Assembly (NCBI GenBank): GCA_964016885.1 | Contig: OZ024742.1 | Span: 13,454,001-13,518,000 of the forward strand | DNA length: 64,000 bases | Reading direction: 5' to 3' | DNA from: Eledone cirrhosa | Taxonomy: Eukaryota | Shown here: positions 27,135 through 39,365 of the stretch, one piece after another | How positions within the stretch are numbered: the stretch's first letter is position 1 | Layout of the letters: every line of letters begins with the position of its first letter | The notes under the pieces: generated by a model | Seen by the model: the letters and a program-made list of their open reading frames with translations, nothing else | Databases searched by the model: none | Told to the model about the DNA's origin: nothing | Translations under genes and position numbers: made by a program

Positions 27135-28863
27135 ATATCCAGTGCTTTTATCGAGAATGACACAGCTAGAGACTTATAGAATACTTAGCTGTGTACAGGA
27201 ACTGGTTTGAAAGAGCGGTTGCCGGTCCGGCAGAAATTAGAAATTGGAATAAATGCTCTGAAATAGCGATATATATGTGAATATAGACATAGAATATTCG
27301 AAAATATTCTGTATGTTTATAATAAACATTTTGAAGACCTAATCGCTATAGAATAGAATACGTCACGTATTACAATTAGATTCTCGATAAAAGCAAGGGA
27401 AGTAATCTACGCGTTTCATTCTTGTTAGAAATCTTCAGGACTACATATCCAGTGCTTTAATCGAGAATGACACAGCTAGAGACTTATAGAATACTTAGCT
27501 GTGTACAGGAACTGGTTTGAAAGAGCGGTTGCCGGTCCGGCAGAAATTAGAAATTGGAATAAATGCTCTGAAATAGCGATATATATGTGAATATAGACAT
27601 AGAATATTCGAAAATATTCTGTATGTTTATAATAAACATTTTGAAGACCTAATCGCTATAGAATAGAATACGTCACGTATTACAATTAGATTCTCGATAA
27701 AAGCAAGGGAAGTAATCTACGCGTTTCATTCTTGTTAGAAATCTTCAGGACTACATATCCAGTGCTTTTATCGAGAATGACACAGCTAGAGACTTATAGA
27801 ATACTTAGCTGTGTACAGGAACTGGTTTGAAAGAGCGGTTGCCGGTCCGGCAGAAATTAGAAATTGGAATAAATGCTCTGAAATAGCGATATATATGTGA
27901 ATATAGACATAGAATATTCGAAAATATTCTGTATGTTTATAATAAACATTTTGAAGACCTAATCGCTATAGAATAGAATACGTCACGTATTACAATTAGA
28001 TTCTCGATAAAAGCAAGGGAAGTAATCTACGCGTTTCATTCTTGTTAGAAATCTTCAGGACTACATATCCAGTGCTTTAATCGAGAATGACACAGCTAGA
28101 GACTTATAGAATACTTAGCTGTGTACAGGAACTGGTTTGAAAGAGCGGTTGCCGGTCCGGCAGAAATTAGAAATTGGAATAAATGCTCTGAAATAGCGAT
28201 ATATATGTGAATATAGACATAGAATATTCGAAAATATTCTGTATGTTTATAATAAACATTTTGAAGACCTAATCGCTATAGAATAGAATACGTCACGTAT
28301 TACAATTAGATTCTCGATAAAAGCAAGGGAAGTAATCTACGCGTTTCATTCTTGTTAGAAATCTTCAGGACTACATATCCAGTGCTTTTATCGAGAATGA
28401 CACAGCTAGAGACTTATAGAATACTTAGCTGTGTACAGGAACTGGTTTGAAAGAGCGGTTGCCGGTCCGGCAGAAATTAGAAATTGGAATAAATGCTCTG
28501 AAATAGCGATATATATGTGAATATAGACATAGAATATTCGAAAATATGGATATGTAGTCCTGAAGATTTCTAACAAGAATGAAACGCGTAGATTAATTCC
28601 CTTGCTTTTATCGAGAATCTAATTGTAATACGTGACATATTCTATTCTATAGCGATTAGGTCTTCAAAATGTTTATTATAAACATACAGAATATTTTCGA
28701 ATATTCTATGTCTATATTCACATATATATCGCTATTTCAGAGCATTTATTCCAATTTCTAATTTCTGCCGGACCGGCAACCGCTCTTTCAAACCAGTTCC
28801 TGTACACAGCTAAGTATTCTATAAGTCTCTAGCTGTGTCATTCTCGATAAAAGCACTGGATAT

Positions 28864-28906
28864 GTAGTCCTGAAGATTTCTAACAAGAATGAAACGCGTA
28901 GATTAC
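28864..28906 (+). ncRNA. Minimal type I hammerhead; also at 28554-28596 and 29174-29216
   Basis: GTAGTC-CTGAAGA-TTTCT(AACA)AGAAT-GAAACGCGTA-GATTAC. 6-bp stem I, 4-bp stem II, palindromic ACGCGT stem III, GUA site. Confidence 0.85.
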
Positions 28907-29369
28907 TTCCCTTGCTTTTATCGAGAATCTAATTGTAATACGTGACGTATTCTATTCTATAGCGATTAGGTCTTCAAAATGTTTATTATAAACATACAGA
29001 ATATTTTCGAATATTCTATGTCTATATTCACATATATATCGCTATTTCAGAGCATTTATTCCAATTTCTAATTTCTGCCGGACCGGCAACCGCTCTTTCA
29101 AACCAGTTCCTGTACACAGCTAAGTATTCTATAAGTCTCTAGCTGTGTCATTCTCGATAAAAGCACTGGATATGTAGTCCTGAAGATTTCTAACAAGAAT
29201 GAAACGCGTAGATTACTTCCCTTGCTTTTATCGAGAATCTAATTGTAATACGTGACGTATTCTATTCTATAGCGATTAGGTCTTCAAAATGTTTATTATA
29301 AACATACAGAATATTTTCGAATATTCTATGTCTATATTCACATATATATCGCTATTTCAGAGCATTTAT

Positions 29370-29411
<42 letters not shown>

Positions 29412-29471
29412 GTGTGTGTGTATGTACGCGTTTATTTATTTATATATATATACGAATACACAGACACACGT

Positions 29472-29573
<102 letters not shown>

Positions 29574-31624
29574 ATAATAATAAATTTGAAGACTAAAATC
29601 CAAAGAGGGCTCGATAAGGATAAATATATTGCCGATAAATATATTGTCGATAACGATAAATACATTGCCGTTTTATCCAATTCAACATCAATAATTACTA
29701 CTCCTCCATCACTTTACCACTTCTCCTTAGAGCTAGCAACACTCACAGAATTCGAAGTTGATGTCATCCTAAATGCCCGTAAGTCGGTGATTAATTTCGA
29801 CAACTCTATTTGGATTAAAAAATCTAATAGTACCCCATTCGACGTGAGTATGGGCGCCAGCGATTCTGCGGAGGTTACTGATCTTATCGGCCTTTTCCTT
29901 CTTTTCTCTATCAAGGACGATTTCCCCAACGCGGGCGGTGGTTTGTACCGTGAGATGGTCTTTTGACCATGACTAAATGCGGCCCTCGTGCTTGCGACAG
30001 GTTCAGAAAAGAACTCACAGCCTTCTTTAAAGGCTTCAACCTCTCTATACAGGTTGAGGCCAACCTCTCGGTTGTTAATTACCTCGACGTTACCCTCAAT
30101 TTATCGAATGGCTTGTATTACCCGTATAGAAAGCCGAATGATACGCTTAATTACATAAGTAAGCATTATAACCATCCTGCCAGCATAACCAAGAACCTGG
30201 TAAGAAACGTTTCGTTGAGCTTTCCCGTCTACCGACTAACGAGCATATTTTCAATGACCATTCCACATATTACAATGAAGCTCTTGCTCGGAGTTGATTT
30301 GTCGATAAGGTTGCATATACAGAGTACGAGAATAGACCTAGAAGTAATTGATCCCGACGCATTATATGGTATAACCCACGATATAATATGGAGGTTGCCA
30401 CACCATTAACTAAGATCTTTCTATCCCTTATTACGAAACATTTTCCCCCTACACATAAATATAGTAACATTTTTAATAGAAATACTATTAAAATGTCTAC
30501 GACTCCCAACCTTGCACATAACAGCACAGCTTCAAATTTAGCTAAACTACCTAGCCGTAGGAACACGTGCAACCCTGTAGTTAGTACTAACTGTAACTGT
30601 AGGAATCGGGTTGATTGCCCCCTATCCGGGAAATGCCTCTCTAGTAACATTGTCTACAAATGTAAGGTTGAAAAACCCAAGTCCCGTAGTGCCTACATAG
30701 GGTTAATCGCCAATAGATTCAAGCAGCGTCTTTACATGCATACCCATTCTTTTCGTTATCCTCTAAGAAGGAATATGACGTCACTTTCAGCTTATATCTG
30801 GAGTCTAAAAGACAACCACACCCAATATAAGTTACACTGGGAGATCCTAGCTAAGGTTAAATCGTATAACGGAAATAAAAGCCCATGTGACCTCTGCGCC
30901 GCTGAGACCCTGGAAATACTCTACGCCACAGACCACATCTTAAACAAAAAATCTGAGTCAATTTCGGCTTGTAAACATAAATTGCACAAACTTTCCTGTA
31001 TTACAGCCCCACATTATACCCTAACGGATAGTACGATCTATACGTGGATATTTTACGTCGATGCGGTAGCTAAGTATATGTTATGTTTATGCCATTACTT
31101 ATTTGCATAGGTAAATATATATTACCTGTATGTTTTGTGAAGGTACGTATACTTTCTCATACGTATATCTGATTGTATATGTTATGGCGTATATTTTATA
31201 TATTCTGGTACATATGCTTTTGGTTATGTGTATACGTGAGTTTTGCGTCTGTGTGAGTATGTGGGTTCGTACGTATGTATGGTGTGTCTCTATGTGTACT
31301 TTGTGTTTTGGTTGACGTAGTCTCTGAACATTTGTGTATTTATATGTAGGTATGTGTGTGCGCTTGTTATATACGTATTTATTTATTTACATACGTTTAT
31401 TTAATTATTTGTATACACGCACACAGACACACACACACACACACACACATATTTATATGTGCCTGTATTTGTATACCTATGTATGCTTGTGTATGTACGT
31501 ATATGGATGCGTGTATGTATTTATTTAATTTCAATTACCTCTGTATTTTATTTACTTTATTCTTAACTCTGATGCTGAGAATCCTAGTTAGAAGTTTAGT
31601 TTACGACTTCAGTTATACCATTTA

Positions 31625-31842
31625 CGTGGCTTTGTCTTTGCGTGCAATTGTTCTCCACGCTCCACATATGACGTATTATCTTCGTTTTTTTCGTTCATTG
31701 CCAGAGAACGTCTCTATAAACGACCTACGACTTCTTTTATACCATAAACGTGGTTTTGTCTTTGCGTGTAATTGTTTTTCACTGCTCCAAATAATGACGT
31801 ATTATATTCGTTTTTTCCCGTTCTTTGCCAGGGAACGTTTCC
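31625..31842. repeat. Imperfect ~124-bp-period tandem duplication in the PLE 3' UTR
   Basis: CGTGG(C/T)TTTGTCTTTGCGTG...GACGTATTAT...TTGCCAG(A/G)GAACGT occurs at 31625 and 31749. Confidence 0.75.
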
Positions 31843-31928
31843 ACGAACCAAAGTATCGTGTTCCTGTCTTCCTCCGGCTGCAACGTTTTTGGAAATATTC
31901 ACTTCTGCATCCACAGATTGACTTTGTT

Positions 31929-31978
31929 AGTTCCAGAAGATCCCGTTAAGGGTGAAAGCAGCAATTCTTTGCTTAACT
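31929..31978 (+). ncRNA. Degenerate hammerhead at the PLE 3' terminus
   Basis: AGTTC-CAGAAGA-TCCC(GTTAA)GGGT-GAAAGCA...TGCTT-AACT. U4 is mutated to A. Confidence 0.55.
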
Positions 31979-31994
31979 TTAATCTGTTATTTTA

Positions 31995-32189
<195 letters not shown>

Positions 32190-32191
32190 TG

Positions 32192-32982
32192 GTTACACAA
32201 CAGTTAGTTCACCATACCGAGAACAATTGTTTCACCTTCGCGGATCTTCAGCTCGGGATGTGTATGGTTATAGAAACAAGAAGGACAACCGTACTAACGC
32301 GCATGCGCAGAAACTCGGTCACTTCACACAGGCAATATTAGACTGCGTGCGGGAGGTGTAAGGGAGATAACTGCGAAAGTCTGGAAAGTTTTTAGGTTGA
32401 AAATAAAATTTAAAAAATAAAATTTAAAAAATAAAATTTAAAAAATAAAATTTAAAAAATAAAAATAAAATTACAAAGAATCAGTCCGGAGCCTTGTAGT
32501 TATTCAATAGATGTTTGGTGACGTGTGGACAACGTGTGAAAAATTCACTTCTCGTGTTTAGGCAATCACTATTGCAACGAACCACAGGAGGTCAAATCGT
32601 ATGTGGGCATGCGGAGGGCCGATTCAAGGAGCGTTTCCTGAACCACCAGTCTACCTTCAGATACCCGGACAGACGTTCATCCACGAACTCGCGATCCACG
32701 TATGGTCCCTCAAGGACTCAAGTATAGGCTACTACATTCAATGGAAATCCATCACTAAGTCCAAGCAATACGCAAGGGGAAATCCAACTTTGGGCTTATG
32801 TATTGACGAACGAATAACTATCCTAAAGAGATTACGCAATAGTGATTGCCTAAACACGAGAAGTTAATTTTTCACATGTTGTCCACACGTCACCAAACAT
32901 CTATATACATACATATCCCGAGCTGAAGATCCGCGAAGGTGAAACAATTGTTCTCGATATGGTGAACTAACTGTTGTGTAAC
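32192..32982. mobile_element. Penelope-like remnant: inverted 3' end joined to a forward GIY-YIG fragment
   Basis: 32590-32867 (+) gives GHAEGRFKERFLNHQSTF...ELAIHVWSLKD...LCIDE...LNTRS. 32192-32575 is the reverse complement of 32836-32982, and the right copy has an internal deletion. Confidence 0.85.
32918..32957 (+). ncRNA. Minimal type I hammerhead; inverted copy at ~32217-32256 (-)
   Basis: CCGAG-CTGAAGA-TCC(GCGAA)GGT-GAAACAATTGTT-CTCG(G). Palindromic ACAATTGT stem III, GUU site. Confidence 0.78.
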
Positions 32983-33041
32983 TAACTCGTCCCCTGGACT
33001 GAGTGCTCTCCCACTACGGATATTACCTTCCAGTGTTCCAC

Positions 33042-33075
<34 letters not shown>

Positions 33076-33307
33076 GTGTACACTTGTATGGATGTATAAA
33101 CGTTTGTGTTGTGTGTGTGTATATATATATATATATATGAGTGTGTGTGTGGGGGGGGGGGGGATTCGTGTAAAGCTTCTTGCAAGTCAAACATTTCCTT
33201 ATCAGTTTCAGCAATATAGAGTTCTATCAGATTATATAACAACACTTCCGGTCACTTTCATGCTCATTATAACCAATATAATGAAGCATTATCTATAATA
33301 TTATTAT

Positions 33308-33500
33308 GTGGATTGGCAGTATCGGTAGAGGGTCAGACGCCATGCTTTGCAACATAGAGTTACGGCACTTGCCAGTCTGAGTTCAAATCCCGCCGAGGTT
33401 AACACTGCTTTTCATCCTTACGGGGTCGATAAAATAAAGTACCAGTAATGTACTGGGTATTTGCTGGCCTTGTGCCTAAAGTAGAAATAATAATTATTAT
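33308..33500 (+). mobile_element. tRNA-like SINE copy
   Basis: TGGCAGTATCGG head, GAGTTCAAATCCCGCCGAGG B-box, (ATT)n tail; homologous to 42111 and 20420. Confidence 0.8.
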
Positions 33501-33519
33501 TATTATCATCATCATCTTC

Positions 33520-33925
33520 GGTGATGCCCTGAATAACTTTTTCAAATTTCATTTGAAAAGGAAAATCAGGGTAGAGAGGGAAGTGCTCTCTTCCCAGAAT
33601 TTTGTTGAAAGATGGGTGAGAGGAGGCAAGAATGGCCCCAGTGAATGAGCCTACTCTGAGTATATGTCTGTAAATTAAAGGTGGAAAACTGGGAGAGGGC
33701 ACTTGCCCTGGTGGTCAGGGTCACTGTGGCTTTTTAATGGGCTTTCTCCACAAATGTCCCTCGGAAGTGTCCCCCCTACTGGGGAATTTTTCCATTGTTC
33801 TATTATTACATCCTCTGTTTTTTGTTTTTTTACACGCAGAAATGCCCTTTTGTACCTCCCTGTATTGTCCTGTACTGTCCTTAATGTCTACTTTGTGTAA
33901 ACCCTTGTGGTTAATAAAGAAAGCA
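33520..33925 (+). mobile_element. L1/Tx1-like LINE 3' end
   Basis: NFFKFHLKRKIRVEREVLS...FVERW, followed by a 3' UTR with AATAAA and a simple-repeat tail. Confidence 0.55.
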
Positions 33926-34094
33926 TTATTATCATCATCATCATAATCATTAGTATTACTATTATTTATTGCTCAAATTCCATTATTGTTTAACAATATA
34001 TACTACTTGCTGGACAATGTATATATGTATGTATATATATATATGTGTGTGTGTGTGTGAGTGTGTATTTATATATATATATGTATGTATACAC

Positions 34095-34162
<68 letters not shown>

Positions 34163-34164
<2 letters not shown>

Positions 34165-36174
34165 TGGTGAAGTGCCCGTACCTTCACGTCACACTCTCCT
34201 CAGTCCATCCAATCTCTCTCTCCTCTGTCTCTCCACAAAGAGCACTGAACCTGTACATCACTTCCACTGTGAACCTCTCCTGTAGCTTATCATCTTCCTT
34301 TAAAGCTCCCCAGTCAAGCAAGTGAGACCCTGGTGCCGAGGGGAAAGAACAAAAGGAAGCATCTCAGCTCTGCAGACCCAAAAGTGCGTGCAGCCAGAGA
34401 ACACCTGAGAGCTGCCAAGGACCGATTCTATGCTGATCCTACGAGGAGAGAATGGTGACTGTGGAGGTGATGAAGCAAGAACTCTGTAACGCTTACACTG
34501 AGGCCAGAGAGGAGGCACTGATAGAGAAGATCAGAAGTGTGGAGAGAGCTGTTGACAGGTCTGGATGTAAGGAGAGCTGGATGATCATCAACGAGATCAC
34601 AGAAAGGAAGAGGTGTTCGAGTCAGATCCCGGGAACAGGGCCCGAGGATAGGAAGAGGAAATGGCTAGACCATTTTAGGACCCTACTAGGAGAGCCACCC
34701 TCCACAGCCCAGATCACTGGGGAGATCAGGCGGCTGTCTGAAGAACTGGATATTGAGACAGATCCCTTCACCAGAGAGGAGCTTCAGAGACCGAAGAAAA
34801 AGATCAAGGAGGGCAAGGCTCATGGAGAAGATGGAGTGGAATCAGAGGTGATGAAGAGGTGTGATTTTGATGATATCATCCTGGGGTTCTGTAACCAGGA
34901 ACTGGAGAAAGGAGTTGCCTCGAATCAGTGGTGGATCAGTAACATCGTCCCAGTGCCAAAGAAGGGAGATCTCTCTAACACCAACAACTACAGGGGGATC
35001 TCACTGACATCACTTGTGGCAAAGACCCCCAACAGGATGATTCTTAACAGAATCCAGTCTGAGATGGAGAAGAAGCTCAGGGACAACCAGAACGGCTTCA
35101 GAGAGGGAAGATCAACCACCAGTCACATTCTGATGCTGAGGAGGATATTAGAGGGAGCTAGAGCAAAGTGCCTTCCTGCGATCATGGTTTTCATTGACTT
35201 TAGGAAGGCCTTTGATTGTGTGGACCGTCAGTGCCTGATGAAGATCTTACAGGCTTATCGAATACCCAAGAAGATAGTGGACCTGATATCATTGCTCTAC
35301 ACCAACACCAAAGCCCAAATCATTACACCTGATGGGATGACACAGTTCTTTGAGATACTGCCTGGAGTGCTCCAGGAAGATACATTGGCTCCCTACCTTT
35401 TTATCATCGCAGTGGACTATTGTATCCGCCTTGCACTGGAGAAACACCAGGACTCTGGCTTTACTGTAGCACCGGCTCAGAGCAGCAGAGTTAAGGCGAA
35501 AACGATATCGGATGCTGAATTTGCCGACGACATAGTTTTGGTGACAAATACAGTGAAGGAGGTAGAGGATTTGATGCAGGAAGTTGAGACTGTGTCGATG
35601 AGTGTGGGGTTGAGAATGAATGAGACTAAAACAAAATATCTGGTAGAGAATGTTGAGAAGCCAGAGGGGATCACTAATGTAGGCGGGAAGCCACTAGAAT
35701 TGGTTGAGGACTTCCTGTATTTGGGAGCAAAGATTGGGAATACGGAAGATGATGTGGTTAAGAGGAAGAGCAAAGCCTGGGCGGCGTGCCACAGCTTGAG
35801 ATCGGTGTGGAAGTTGGACCTTCGTAAAGACATGAAAATCCACCTCTTCATTGCTGTAGTGGAGTCTGTACTGCTGTATGGGTCTGAGACTTGGACACTG
35901 AACAAGAAACTCACTCAGATGGTGGATGGGTGCTACACGAGAATGCTGAGGATGGCTCTGAACATTAATCAGTATACACTGAGGATGAAAAACTCAGAGC
36001 TGTATGGGATCCTCCCAAAAGTCAGCTCAAAAGTGACACAGAGGAGACTGAGGTTGGCTGGACATGCTCACCGGCATCCAGAGTTGACATTGCACTCAGT
36101 GCTCCTGTGGCAGCCCCTACATGGACACACTGGAAGAGCAAGACTAAGGTAACGTTTTTGATGCTCTAAGGACA
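34163..36174 (+). mobile_element. 5'-truncated, 5'-inverted copy of the 23.4-kb RTE
   Basis: 34316-36174 is colinear with 24706-26560; 34163-34316 is the reverse complement of 24542-24695. Confidence 0.95.
34452..36152 (+). pseudogene. Open 566-aa RTE reverse transcriptase remnant (no endonuclease)
   Basis: Uninterrupted ORF with NYRGISL, QNGFREGRST, DFRKAFD, FADD. The QG motif is altered to QE. Confidence 0.85.
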
Positions 36175-36296
36175 TGTGTGTGTATACACGTGCGTGTGTG
36201 TGTGTGTATGTGTGCGTGTATGTGTATATATGTATATTTAGTTATGTATCTTTATGTGTGTATATGTATGTATATGTATGTATGTATATGTATGTA

Positions 36297-36361
<65 letters not shown>

Positions 36362-36914
36362 ATATATATATATATGTGTGTGTGTATGTGTGTGTATGTG
36401 TATATGTATGTATATATATATATATATGTGTGTATGTATGTATATGTGTATATATATACCCATGTGGAGGTATGAGTACATATTCGTGTGTGTACGTATG
36501 TGTATGTGTGTTTTTATATGTCTCTATATGTTTTTGTGTATGTATGTGGATGTATTTGTGCATGGGTGTGTGATTGATGGTGTGTGCCTATATATTCCTA
36601 CATATGCCCGTGCGTGTATGTACGAATATACGCACATATGTGTGTGTTGAACAAAGGACTAACTTTGGGATGGACGTAGAAAAATTCTTCAGGAAAAAAA
36701 TAAAAAAAATAATTATTCACAAACTTGACAGGTGCGATTTGCCTGTGACCATTGTCAACACAAATGCAATACTAAAAGCTTTTTCCCCTGAATAAAGGAA
36801 TTTTTCGAGAATGACCGGGGCAGGCCGCACTTGATACATTTCTCCCCACCCAACCCTACTCACCGTCTCAACTCATTACTGCTATGAACACTTTTTCAAC
36901 ACACCTACACCCAT

Positions 36915-37110
36915 GCACTTTATTAAAGGGGGAGAAAAGAAACCCCCACCACACCACAGACATGTTAAATCCCTATATATAGAACAACACACCACATACA
37001 CATCAGTTTGACAAGCGCACTTCAGCGTGAAAGGTCTTTCTAAAAACGAAACAATACCTCCTACGTTAACCAAGAACTCCTAAGACCTAACCAACAACCA
37101 ACAACTTAAT
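36915..37110 (-). mobile_element. Possible L1/Tx1-like 3' end
   Basis: VNVGGIVSFLE loosely resembles the terminal motif of the 33520 family; downstream AATAAA. Confidence 0.3.
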
Positions 37111-37251
37111 TTATAAAATAATTTTTTTTAAGAGAAAAAAAAAAAAAAAAAATGTTGTTCTAATCCGGAAAAAAATTATTTTTGGATTTTGTGAAGAAAA
37201 TAAATTTGTTGAAAGCACAAGTGAAGCCATTTTTTCTTCCCCACTGTCTTA

Positions 37252-37296
<45 letters not shown>

Positions 37297-37399
37297 CATG
37301 CGTGTGTGTGTGTATATATATGTATATGTATGTGTGTCTATTAATGTATGTATGTAGTATATATATGTGTGTAGCTCTATTCCATCATATCCTTACCAA

Positions 37400-37600
37400 T
37401 AATTTTATTAGCTGTTTTCTGTTGTGGATACCAACCCATGGCCACTCTCACATCGGGCCTCCTTGAATGACATGGTTTAACTAAACATGTTGGTCTGACA
37501 ATCAAAGACCTGAAAACAAGGATGGAGGACAGAGACATCTGAAGATGAAGGTGAGTTAGCTGAGGCAGTTCAGCCGATTCAATTCGATGTCGATGGTGAT
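37400..37600 (+). mobile_element. Old RTE 3' end fragment
   Basis: LLWIPTHGHSHIGPP...DLKTRMEDRDI parallels LLWEPLHGH...MRDRDRW of the 23.4-kb element. Confidence 0.65.
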
Positions 37601-38116
37601 GGTCATATATTATAATTCCTGATATCTCTCCATCCACGTGACCACGCCATATAATGTGACTATCACTAGTCTAAATTATATTAGTCTTTCAAAGGTTATT
37701 TTTTTTTCTTTCTGATTGCTGATAACCAAAATGTCACTAACGAATAGATTATCTCATCTATAATTATTGATCAGTATAAATAGATGAAGTAAAAATAAAA
37801 AAAATGCCTGGTCACGGTTTTTCTTTTGCATGTGACGTATGAAACAATTTTAAAGGGTATAATTAAGCTATTTGGTTTGAAATAATCGCATTTTATGTCA
37901 GTTATTAAAAAATATATATTTAAATCATATTAAACAAAATTAGTGGGAAATCGATACGTTATGGAAATAAGGAAATAGCAATCTGAATAACAATAGAATT
38001 TCAATCGTGGACATTTTTGACGATATAGAATCCTCTTGTGAATTATGATAACATTTTCGTCTCTTGATCTATACATGATAGTCCTTTATTCTCTAATGAT
38101 ATTTTCCTTTCATATA

Positions 38117-38156
<40 letters not shown>

Positions 38157-38160
<4 letters not shown>

Positions 38161-39229
38161 CTTGATCACCTTGACCGACCAGTCTGTCGGGCGTCCATTC
38201 AGCGCCACTGGTCACAGCACGCCGTCCATTCCTCTCTGGATCATGCTTTCCTCATCCATGTAGTCCCAATCGTATTCTTAAAATCGTAACTCCACCCTCG
38301 TGGAGGCCTTCCGAGTGGTCGTTTCCGCTCGCGCGGGTACAACTCGGTAACTGCGCGGGTCCACCGATTATCGGTGAACCGGGCGACGTGTCCAGCCCAT
38401 CTGAACTTGCTGCGCATATATTCCATGATGACGTCCCTCAGGCCGGACTTCTGTCTGATGACTTCGCTCCTGATGTTCTCTCTCAACAAGATTCCTAGCC
38501 GTTAGGCCTCTGCTCTTCTGTCTTCGTTGTAGCCCAAGTTTCACTGCCATATAACATTGCAGGTAAAACTGTGCTATTGAAGGGGTTGGCGTGGATGGTC
38601 TTGTCCAACCTCCCCTTGAGCACATCCCTTATGCCGTTGAACGCCTTCCATCCGGCCCTTACTCTCCGCGAGATCTCCCTCTCAATGTCTCGGCGCATGT
38701 TCACTTCTTGTCCCAGGTAGACATATTCCCCCACCTCCTCTATTTCATCACCGCTAACCACCATTTGACCTGTTGGTACGTTGTCGGACCACATGAACTT
38801 CGTATTCATGGGGTTCATCTTGAGGCCTACTGCAGAGCTTTTGATGTCGAGCTCCGTCAGCATGGTCTGAAGCTGATCCGTGGTTTCAGAAATGAGTACG
38901 ATGTCATCAGCGAAACGGATGTTGACACTGCCTTGCCAGTCAATGCCTCTGATGATCTGCTCGAGACGCGCGGTGAAAACTTTTGGAGAGATCGTATCTC
39001 CTTGCTTCACTCCCTTCTCGACCGGCACTCGTACGGGTGATGACAGCAGAGCTATGTCGGTGGTGCATCCGGAACTCGCCTCCCTGAGCAGTTGAACGTA
39101 TTGCGCCTCGATTCCTTGCCTCTGCAACGAGTTCAGCACTGCGTTGATTTCGACGCTGTCGAAGGCCTTCTGACACAACTGCTTGAGCGAGCAAAAGAGT
39201 ACAATATGCCTCTTTGCGTCGCGTTCATT
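38157..39229 (-). mobile_element. Second RTE family, 5'-truncated with a 60-bp 5' inversion
   Basis: KAFDSV, GVKQGDTISPK, RFADD, YGSETW, WAGHVAR, RPLGRPP; (TCAAGGTGA)2 tail. 39170-39229 encodes the upstream motif on the opposite strand. Confidence 0.93.
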
Positions 39230-39365
39230 AATATATATATATCGTTTATTCTTATAGCCTGGTCTAATTGATTATTTTATATGGTTAATTATGCTAATTG
39301 GGATAGGAAATGGTATATATTTTATCTAATAATTCTAAGGACATGATTTATGATATATATATATT

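Larger units (their letters stand above)
26968..29375. repeat. 310-bp tandem array with one hammerhead per unit and an orientation switch at ~28547 (retrozyme-like)
   Basis: Units start at 26969, 27279, 27589, 27899, 28209, plus a partial at 28519, followed by ~2.7 inverted units to 29375. (TA)n on both sides; no ORF. Confidence 0.92.
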
